NCBI GenBank assembly: GCA_965226495.1
Contig: OZ245365.1
Location: forward strand, 4,512,001-4,576,000
Direction: 5' to 3'
DNA from: Candidatus Marinacidobacterales bacterium
Lineage (GTDB): Bacteria; Acidobacteriota; Vicinamibacteria; Marinacidobacterales; DATDRI01
Length of the DNA: 64,000 bases
The notes beneath the pieces were generated by a model. The model saw nothing but the letters and a program-made list of their open reading frames with translations, was not told the origin of the DNA and did not search any database. The first letter of the stretch is position 1. Every line of letters starts with the position of its first letter. The position numbers and the translations under genes were made by a program. Below, piece after piece: positions 34,459 through 42,993 of the stretch.

Positions 34459-35554
34459 CTACGACGGGTCGCCGCGACCCTTTGGCGAGCGCCCCTGCTG
34501 AGAAGCATCGATCTTCCTTTGCATGAACGCCGCCCCGAACGTCCGCTCCGCCGTCAAGCGGTTGTGAGGCCCGCAGTGAAGCCGTAGATTCCTCTCGTCG
34601 TGGCTTCCATTCCGCGCATAGGACCGCAGGTGCTCGATTTGGAGACCGGTTCGCGCGCGACACCGGGTCCCGTCCGGGCCCCGGAATTCACATTGGTAGC
34701 CGGCCCGATCTTGAACGCGCTCCCGAACCTCGGAAGGGATGTAGCGGGACTTAACAGAAATCTCGTCCGGACGAGATTTTTTGTTACCTTTCGACACCCT
34801 CCGTAGTCGCCGTGCGTGCTTTCTCTTCAGATCTTTTTTGTCGAGTGCGATATCCAAAGCCTGGTCCATGATCTCGGCCATATGCTGCAAGGGGTTTTCT
34901 ACTCCGAGGACTTCCGCCAGACGCTCGAACTTCTCCTTGAACTCGCGGTTCGCGGCGAAGCGGAAGTTGAAACCTCCGGATATCCACCTCCGGCCTGGCG
35001 GGCTCGAGGATCGCCGGTGACACCCGGGGAGTGGGCCGCGGCGTGTGAGTTGGCGGCGTCTGAACTGGCGGCGGGGCCTGGACGCGCGGCGCGGTCGTGG
35101 GCGCCTTTCGAATCGAGGGTGCAAAGACGAGCTTGGGCCGAAGCGCGACCAGGTACTCCTCAGCCTCCCGCTTGGTCATTCCGACACAATCCCCAAGAAG
35201 CTTCTCGACATTGCTTTCAGTAAGAACGGGCGCGAGGAGACCCGCCACGGTGAGACTCAATCGGTTCTCAGCCAGCGCCACCAATAACTGGGGAAATCGT
35301 CTCGACACATTGGCCACCTGAATTCGCAAGGCAACCGACCCCTCACTCAAGCGAAGTCGTCTTACGCAGTAGTCGAAGAGATTCTTGTACCCCAGCTCCA
35401 GATAGCCCTTTCTTCTCGACATCTCTGCGACGTGAGCGATGACGAGCCCCACGCTTCGTTTCTCGGCGCGAACCAACTTGTCGACCGATCGGTCGAGTTT
35501 CTCCGTGGAAAGCTTTTCGAGCGCTTCGAAGTATGCCTTAACTTTTTCGATCAT
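34459..35554 (-). CDS. HNH endonuclease with long helical N-terminal domain (mobile-type); frameshifted at ~34980
   Basis: N-terminus AHVAEMSRRKGYLELGYKNLFDYCVRRLRLSEG. C-terminus RAGYQC...RC...IEH...NLRLHCGPHN lies in a second frame. Confidence 0.75.
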
Positions 35555-35770
35555 GGCCGTTGCCCCCTTCTCCCTAATATAGTCACGGGTTTTTTATGGG
35601 CCGGAGTGGCCCTGAGCGAAAAGCAAACGGACTTAGTTAAACAAAATGTTGAGATTGCGAAGAAGGGATGCGAGGGGGCGCGGTTGCGATTCCTGAGGGT
35701 ACTTGTACTAACGACTCTTTACTTTTTGATTTCGCCTCGCGAAAGTTGTCAAGTGATTTTAGACTTTTTT

Positions 35771-38680
35771 TTACTTTGTAGGAACCAGCCGTTCGAGCTC
35801 CTCGAACCAGTTGAGGATGACATGGATTTGCGGTGCTACTCGCTTGCTCTCACCCGTGCGCCGCACCATTACAAACTGTTGACCGTCCGGGGAAACGTCG
35901 TAGTTCGTGTGCCCACGACGGGCGTCGCTTCTGCTGGCCTCATACTTGCCCTCAAAGAGGACTGTCGCGGTCCGCGCGGAAAACGTCCCTTCGGTCTCGA
36001 CCTCTGCCACAAGCATCTGCTCTCCCTTCCGGTAGAACAACTCGGTGCCGTCCCGTGCCCAGATGGGCTCCGTTCCACCCCCGGTCGAGACGATCACCTC
36101 GCCGCCTGGGCCTGGGTGGGGCCGCACGTACACCTCGTCTTGGCCGGATTCATCGGATACATAGGCCATGAAGCGCCCGTCCGGAGAAAACGTTCCTGCT
36201 CGTTCGTCGAACGGGCCAACCAGAAAGGGTGAGGACGCTGGATCTCCCTCGAGCGAGAGCACCCATAGGTTTGCTCCCGTGTCTGGACCAGCCTCGGTGT
36301 AGGCGATGGCGCGCCCGTCACTCGTCCATGACGTGGCGGATTGGTACCCGTCGCGGACAAGCAGAGCCTCGAGAAAACCACTCCCATCAACAGGCGCCAT
36401 GTACAAGTCGGTTCTGCCAGGTTTGGACACCGAGAATGCCACCCGGCTGCCATCCGGTGACCAGGTCGGAAAGAGGTTGTTCCCCTCGAGCGTGACTCTG
36501 GTTCGCGATCCGCGCTCGACCTCGATGGTCCAGACGTCGACGTCGAGTTGCCAATCTGAGATGGAGCCTTCGGTCTCGGCGACGGAAAAAGCCAGGTGGC
36601 GGCCGTCGGGCGAGAAACGAGGGAAAAGGTAGTCGGCTGTGATCTCCGTCACTGGCGCCTCGCGACCGCTCCGGTCAACAAGTACCAGCACGGATCGTGT
36701 TGTCGATCCGGTTGTGCCGGAAACATACACCAGCGATCCGTCCCCCGAAAAGCTGAAGTTCACGGCGCCGCTGGCCTTGGTGATCACACCCTCCAGAACT
36801 GGAACGGGATCGGCGGTAACGGCAAGCCTGTCAAGATCGAACGGTACCGCCCACAACCTCCCGTCCACGCCGTATACGACGTGTCCAGTGGGCACGTAGT
36901 GAGGATTGCTGCCATTCTCAATGACGACTTTAGGATCACCATTTTCAAGCGACAGTACGGCAATCCGGTTGCTTTCGGGCGTTAGGATGTTGAAGAGGAT
37001 GGCATCTCCGCCCGGCAGGAACTCCGGCCAAGTATGGTTCACTTCTCCTTGCTCCGTATCCACGGTCGTCAACTCGTCCGGCTGGCCCCCGGCTGCCGCG
37101 ACCCGTAGCAACCCCTTGCTCGCAGAGGTCGAGAAAACGATCGTGTCATCAGGCCCCCAACTCACGCCACGCAGCGACGAGGTCCACTGACAAATCGTCA
37201 CAGATCGCCCGCCAAGGACGGAGACCTTTTTGAGCTTGTTGTTGTCCCTCCCGCCACTCACCTCGAATCCCACCCATTCCCCGTCGGGTGAGAAGAATGG
37301 GCTGCGAGCACGCTCGCTTCCTAGGAGAGGTGTGGCTACGAGCTGATCGAGTTCGCGGACATAGAGGTGCCGACTCTCGTGGCTACCAGTGCTAGTCATA
37401 TAGACGATGCGCATACCGTCAGGGGAGAAGGCCACGTCTGTTTGAGACCCAGTAAGTCGCAACGATCCTTCCGGTGGCGTTGCGACCGTAAACTGTGCGG
37501 GCGCGGGAGGTGGCGCGACCGGCTCCGGCAACACGAGTGCCCATACAACGAGACCAACGAGCAGCGTGCCGAGGACTCCGACAGCGATTCCAGGGACGAG
37601 CCGCGACTGCGTTTGCCCAGTGGGAAGCACGGCCGGGCTCGAACCTTCGCCAGAGATCCATCTCAGGTCCTGCATTAGATCCGAGGCGGTTTGCCAGCGC
37701 CGATCCGGTTCTTTTGCCAAGCACCGCCGGATCACGTGATCCAGCAACGGCGGTGCGGCAGAGATGGTTGGGGGCTCGCGTTCTAGAATCGCCGCGATCA
37801 GACTCGCCTGACTCTCTCCTTTGAAAGCTCTCCGCCCCGTCACCATCTCGTAGAGCACGGAGCCGAAAGCGAAGATGTCCGTGCGCGCGTCGGCTTTCTT
37901 ACCCTCTACCTGCTCCGGGGCCATGTACTGCAACGTCCCGACTATCGTTCCCTCTCGTGTCATCTTCGTCGCGGTGGCCGCGTCAGGATCGAGCTTGGAA
38001 GGCTCGGGCGCCAACTTCGCCAAGCCAAAGTCCAAAAGCTTGGCGCCCGATTTCGTGAGCATGACGTTGCCGGGCTTGAGATCCCGGTGCACGATGCCGT
38101 GACGGTGCGCCTTGTCGAGCGCGTCGGCGATCTCGATTCCGTGCTGCAACGCCAGTTCGAGTGGAAGTGCCCCTTTCTCCAATCGCTCCGCCAGCGTCTC
38201 CCCCTCGATGTACTCCATCACCAGGAAGTCGACATCGTTTTCTTGGCCGACGTCGTAGAGTGTGCAGATGTGAGGGTGGTTCAGTTGGGAGATCGTACGG
38301 GCCTCACGCTCGAAGCGTACGCGGACGTCGGGGTTACTGGCTACGTCTGAGGGGAGGACTTTGATGGCAACGGTGCGATCGAGCCGCGTGTCGGTGGCTT
38401 GGTAGACCTGGCCCATCCCGCCCGCACCAATGAGGCGAACGAGCTTGTAGCGACCAAGCTCGGTTCCGGGCGCGAGCTCCATGCTTTCTACCTCGGTCGC
38501 TCGCTCGAGAAAGCCATTGGCTTCCGCCTCTTCATGATTGGCTAGTAGCTCCTCGACCCGTTCTCTGAGCGCATCCTGTCTCGAGCACGCTTCGTCCAAG
38601 AAAGCCGCCCGCTCCTTGGGAGCAAGACTGAGCGCGGTGTCGAACAGTTCTGCGGCACGCTCCCAGGAGTCCGGGTTCAA
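35771..38680 (-). CDS. Ser/Thr kinase with N-terminal helical extension, TM and beta-propeller
   Basis: N-terminal and kinase region nearly identical to 31414-34323, but the propeller is a different subtype. Confidence 0.93.
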   Translation of the reverse strand: MNPDSWERAAELFDTALSLAPKERAAFLDEACSRQDALRERVEELLANHEEAEANGFLERATEVESMELAPGTELGRYKLVRLIGAGGMGQVYQATDTRLDRTVAIKVLPSDVASNPDVRVRFEREARTISQLNHPHICTLYDVGQENDVDFLVMEYIEGETLAERLEKGALPLELALQHGIEIADALDKAHRHGIVHRDLKPGNVMLTKSGAKLLDFGLAKLAPEPSKLDPDAATATKMTREGTIVGTLQYMAPEQVEGKKADARTDIFAFGSVLYEMVTGRRAFKGESQASLIAAILEREPPTISAAPPLLDHVIRRCLAKEPDRRWQTASDLMQDLRWISGEGSSPAVLPTGQTQSRLVPGIAVGVLGTLLVGLVVWALVLPEPVAPPPAPAQFTVATPPEGSLRLTGSQTDVAFSPDGMRIVYMTSTGSHESRHLYVRELDQLVATPLLGSERARSPFFSPDGEWVGFEVSGGRDNNKLKKVSVLGGRSVTICQWTSSLRGVSWGPDDTIVFSTSASKGLLRVAAAGGQPDELTTVDTEQGEVNHTWPEFLPGGDAILFNILTPESNRIAVLSLENGDPKVVIENGSNPHYVPTGHVVYGVDGRLWAVPFDLDRLAVTADPVPVLEGVITKASGAVNFSFSGDGSLVYVSGTTGSTTRSVLVLVDRSGREAPVTEITADYLFPRFSPDGRHLAFSVAETEGSISDWQLDVDVWTIEVERGSRTRVTLEGNNLFPTWSPDGSRVAFSVSKPGRTDLYMAPVDGSGFLEALLVRDGYQSATSWTSDGRAIAYTEAGPDTGANLWVLSLEGDPASSPFLVGPFDERAGTFSPDGRFMAYVSDESGQDEVYVRPHPGPGGEVIVSTGGGTEPIWARDGTELFYRKGEQMLVAEVETEGTFSARTATVLFEGKYEASRSDARRGHTNYDVSPDGQQFVMVRRTGESKRVAPQIHVILNWFEELERLVPTK

Positions 38681-38698
38681 GTGATCCGCTCACGAGTA

Positions 38699-38819
38699 AA
38701 GGAAGGAAACCATCGGTCCACCCTCACCCTGCCCTCTCCCCAGAGGGGAGAGGGTTTCAAGGAAGGAAGCCATCATTGTTGTGGTGAAAATAGCTGTACA
38801 CGAGGCGAAAAGTCAATCC
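38699..38819 (-). promoter_or_regulatory. Conserved promoter + REP-like leader cassette homologous to 2682-2778
   Basis: Reverse complement ggaTTGACTtttcgcctcgtgtacagcTATTTTcaccac...gcttccttccttgaaaccctctcccctctggggagagggcagggtgaggg. Confidence 0.75.
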
Positions 38820-39680
38820 GGCTTCACTTCCTGGCGGCCCTGCCCTCGTGGAAGGATCGATCATCGTTGCTGAGAAAGCTGGCCGGCGGACAGCACGAGG
38901 ACGCTCTTCACCGTGAAAGCCCCCCCCTGCGCCTTCTTCCTTGATGGGTGATGACAATAAGGCTGCGAGATTTCCGGTGAAGGCCTGTGCGGCGCGCGCG
39001 TCAACTGGAAGCTCCAACTTGAGCAGGGAAACTTCCTTGAGCTTGGCACTCATCAAGCCTTCCGCGGCGTGTTCCGCCGTTTCCGGAGCGACGGCGTGGA
39101 TCACTTCGTGGACCACCACCGAGCTCATCGCCCGCGCAACCCGATCGCGCTCGAGCCACGCGAGCTTCTTCAACCGTTCGAGCTCGGGAGTTTCGAACGC
39201 CGGGCCGCGCCGGGTCGATCCGCCGACCTTCCGGGGCTGCTTGCGCGGATCCACGGCTCGCACGATGGTGGGGAAGAAAATCCAGATATTGTTCAGGTGC
39301 CCGTCAACGCCGAAAACGACGCCCATCGTCTGTACGGGGAAACCGAGTTTGCCGGGCTCGGACGGTCTCAAATAAACGACGAACTCTCGCCCTTCGCGAG
39401 TTGACGCCAGCGTTGGATCGTCCTTCCAGAGAAGGCGAGCACCGAGTCTCTCGAAGGAAGCCCGTACTTGGGCCGCAAGGGTCTCGGAGCCGACATCGAA
39501 GAGCCCGTAGCTGTCCACCCATCGGATGGTGAGGTCGGGTGCTCGATCCTGGGCTTGCGAAGGCGTTGTGAGAGCCAGCGTCAAGAGGACCAACTCTATG
39601 CACCTGGCGTGAAGACGAATCCCTCCTGTCATCTCGGAACCGGTGTTTTGTGCTTTAGGAAGGCGAGTGTGATTTTCCAT
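38757..39680 (-). CDS. Secreted hypothetical protein with HEXXH zinc-peptidase-like motif
   Basis: Signal-like LVLLTLALTTPSQA and VVHEVIHAV...HAAEGLM. The C-terminus may be frameshifted at the C-run near 38920-38927. Confidence 0.6.
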   Translation of the reverse strand: MENHTRLPKAQNTGSEMTGGIRLHARCIELVLLTLALTTPSQAQDRAPDLTIRWVDSYGLFDVGSETLAAQVRASFERLGARLLWKDDPTLASTREGREFVVYLRPSEPGKLGFPVQTMGVVFGVDGHLNNIWIFFPTIVRAVDPRKQPRKVGGSTRRGPAFETPELERLKKLAWLERDRVARAMSSVVVHEVIHAVAPETAEHAAEGLMSAKLKEVSLLKLELPVDARAAQAFTGNLAALLSSPIKEEGAGGGFHGEERPRAVRRPAFSATMIDPSTRAGPPGSEAGLTFRLVYSYFHHNNDGFLP

Positions 39681-39808
39681 CGTTTTCCCCCTTCGCCTTG
39701 AGTCGCGCAAATCAGCGGCCGAAAGGGCCACGCTTTCAGAAATAAAAGTAGGTTTGCGGTTCAGTGAGGCGGGGGCGTAGGATGGGCTCGATTCAACGAG
39801 GGCCAGCG

Positions 39809-40405
39809 TTGAAACCAACTGAACCCGTCACAGGGGACCCCGAGCAGCACAGGATTACCCAGCTTCTGAGAGATTGGGACAAAGGCAGTCCCGGCGCAGA
39901 GACGGAGCTTATGGAGGCGGTCTATCCAAGGCTACGCCGTCTGGCTCGGAAACACATGGCCGGCGAGCGCCGGGAACACTCGCTGCAGGCGACCGCCCTC
40001 GTCCACGAGGCTTACGAGAAGCTCGTCGACCAACGTCACAAATCTTGGGAGAACCGACTGCATTTTTTCGCGGCCGCTTCCGAGCTGATGCGACGGATCC
40101 TCGTTGACCACGCCCGCCGGCGAAAAGCGGAAAAACGCGGAGGCGGCCGACCCCACCTCACCTTCGATGATGCTTCGATTTTGTTGAACGAGCAGTCGGA
40201 CACCGTGTTGGCACTCAACGACGCGCTCGCCGGCTTGAGCAAACTATCTCCCCGCCAGGAACGGATCGTCGTGCTTCAGTTTTTCGGAGGTCTGGAACAA
40301 AAGGAGATCGCAAAGCTCATGGGCATCAGCCTCCGAACCGTGAAAAGAGAATGGTGTGCCGCCCGAGCTTGGCTCTACGGTGAAGTCAAGAGGCAAGTTA
40401 CTTGA
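39809..40405 (+). CDS. ECF sigma factor, Ser/Thr-kinase-associated type (ECF43-like); start codon uncertain
   Basis: ITQLL..W, SLQATALVHEAY, MRRILVDHARRRKAEKRGG, TVKREW. Stop overlaps the kinase start. Confidence 0.92.
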   Translation: MKPTEPVTGDPEQHRITQLLRDWDKGSPGAETELMEAVYPRLRRLARKHMAGERREHSLQATALVHEAYEKLVDQRHKSWENRLHFFAAASELMRRILVDHARRRKAEKRGGGRPHLTFDDASILLNEQSDTVLALNDALAGLSKLSPRQERIVVLQFFGGLEQKEIAKLMGISLRTVKREWCAARAWLYGEVKRQVT

Positions 40406-42982
40406 AGCCTGATTCTTGGAAGCGTGTTGCAGCCCTGCTCGAAGCGGCACTCGAGCGCCCTTCCGACGCGCGGACTGCGTTCTTGGACGAGGCTTGTTCC
40501 GGGCACGATGCGCTGCGAGAGAAGGTCGAAAAGCTCTTGGCCAATCATGAAGAGGCGGAAGAGAACCGGTTTCTCGCCCAGGCTCCCGCTTCCTTACTCG
40601 CAAAGCAAAAAAGCACCGAGATCACACCTGGCGCTCGTTTCGGCTCCTACGAGATCACTTCCCTGCTCGGCGTGGGTGGGATGGGTGAGGTTTACCGAGC
40701 GAAGGATCTCGAGCTCGGGCGCGACGTGGCGATCAAGGTGCTCCGCAAGGAGCTCGCTTCGGAGCCAGAGGGCCTGAAGCGCTTCGAACGAGAGGCCCGG
40801 ACCGCATCCGCGCTCAACCACCCGAATATCACCACCATTTACCACATCGGTGAACACGAGGGCACCCGCTACATCGTAATGGAGTACGTCGAGGGCAAGA
40901 CACTTCGGGAACTTCTTGGCGAGGGTCCGCTCCCCTCTAAGACCTTGCTCCGACTCGCCACCCAAATCGCCGAGGGCCTGGACAAGGCTCACTCCGCGAG
41001 GATCGTCCATCGGGATCTCAAACCGGAGAATCTGATGGTCACCGGCGACGGCTTGGTGAAGATTCTGGACTTTGGGCTGGCCAAGCTGACGGGTCCGCCG
41101 GTGAAATTAAATTCCGACATGGACACCGTGACCAAGGTGGGCACGCGGCAAGGCACGATTCTAGGAACGGTGCAATACATGTCACCGGAACAGGCGAGCG
41201 GACGCGCTGTGGACTATCGCTCCGATCAGTTTTCCTTGGGATTGATTCTGTATGAAATGGCGACGGGGAAGGTGGCGTTTCAGCGGGACACCGCGGCCGC
41301 GACGCTGGCGGCCATCATCGAGGGGAAACTCGAAACCGATGACGCCACTCGAACCGAGCCTTGCGGGGAGTTTCCGACGGACGGTGGAGCGGTGTCTGGT
41401 GAAGGAGCCGGAAGGTCGTTACGCCTCGACGGGTGAATTAGCGAAGGAGCTGGAGCAGGCACGGGATGGTGTCCGCGGGGTCGGTGTGTGGCTGCGACGG
41501 AGCGCGATGCTCGCCATGGTGGGCTTGTTTGCAGCGCTTGTCGCCATAGTGGGTCTGAATGTGGGTGAGATCCGAGACCGACTTCTGGGTGGGACGGGTG
41601 GAATTCAGTCGGTCGCGGTTCTACCTCTGAGGAACGTCTCGGGGGATCCGGAGCAGGAGTATTTTTCCGACGGGATGACCGAGGCACTGATTTCCGATCT
41701 CGCAAAGATCGGAGCACTGAAGGTCATCTCGAGAACCTCGGCGATGCGCTACAAAGGCACGGAAAAGACTCTGCCGGAGATTGCCCGTGAGCTGAATGTG
41801 GACGCCGTGCTGGAGGGCTCGGTTTTATTGGAAGGAGAACGGGTGCGGATCACGGCGCAGCTCATCGAGGCAGAAACGGACCAGAATCTGTGGGCGGATA
41901 ATTACGAACGTGACCTCCGCGACATCATGTCGGTGCAAGGCGAGGTGGCGCGGGCCATCGCTCAGGCGATCCAAATCCAACTGACGCCGGAGGAGACCGC
42001 TCGCTTGGCGAGCGCCCGTCCGGTGGACCCCGAGGCTCACGAGAACTATCTCAAGGGCGTTTTTCACTATCAAAAACTCACTCCCCCGGACCTCGATGCC
42101 GCGCTTTCCTACTTCGAGCTCGCCTTGGAGAAAGACCCGGACTACGCCCTGGCCTATGTGGGTATCGCCCGTGTCTGGGGTGGACGCCAGCAGATGGGCT
42201 TCGTGCCGGCCAGTGAGGCGACGCCACTCCAGAAGGTAGCCGTTCTCAAAGCCCTGGAGCTGGATGACTCCCTCGCCGAAGCTCATAGCGCGTTAGCGTC
42301 ACTGAAGACGTGGAGCGAGTGGGATTGGTCAACTGCCGAGAGCGAGTTCCGGCGCGCCATCGAACTCAACCCCAGCTATCCGGAAGTGCGCGTGTGGTAC
42401 TGGGAGCTCTTGGATTCAACGGGGCGTTGGGAGGAAGGGATGGCGCAGATGGAGCGACTTCTGGAATTGGACCCGCACAATTCCTTGTTCCAGGGTTTCT
42501 TTGGTCAGAGCTTGGTATTTCGGCGCCGGTATGATGACGCCATCGCGCAGTTGCAGAAGGTCATCAGAACGGAACCCAACTTGCAGTTAGCGCACGCCCT
42601 CCTCTGGCGCGCCTTCCACCAAAAGCGAATGTATGAGGAGGCTCTAGCAGAAGCGAAGAAGGTTTTTGCCCTGCTGGGCTATAGTGAAGTCGCGGAAGCC
42701 CTGGATCGCGGCTACGCGCAGGGTGGGTATGCAGGGGCAATGCGCCTTGCGGCGGAGACGCTGGCGGCGCGTTCGAAGCGAACCTATGTTCAGGCTATGC
42801 AGATTGCAAAACTCTATGCGCACGCCGGGGAGAAAGACCGAGCCCTGGATTGGCTGGAGAAAGCCTACCAGGAGCGCGAGAGCCGACTGGTTTATCTCGG
42901 TGTGGTTCCGGAATGGGACCCCCTGCGGGACGACCCGCGCTTCCAGGATCTGCTGCGGCGCATGAACCTCCCGGAGGGATGA
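40402..42982 (+). CDS. Ser/Thr kinase (helical N-extension)-TM-TolB-N-like-TPR; apparent +1 frameshift at ~41333
   Basis: Kinase motifs in ORF 40402-41436. [22 protein letters not shown] and TPRs in ORF 41252-42982. One extra A relative to the paralogue at ~43710. Confidence 0.88.
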
Positions 42983-42993
42983 GAAGGTAGCGG

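Noticed and set aside
41325-41340. Programmed ribosomal frameshift in the kinase-TPR gene
   Set aside because: A single extra A versus the paralogue with no clear slippery heptamer; a sequencing indel or mutation is simpler.
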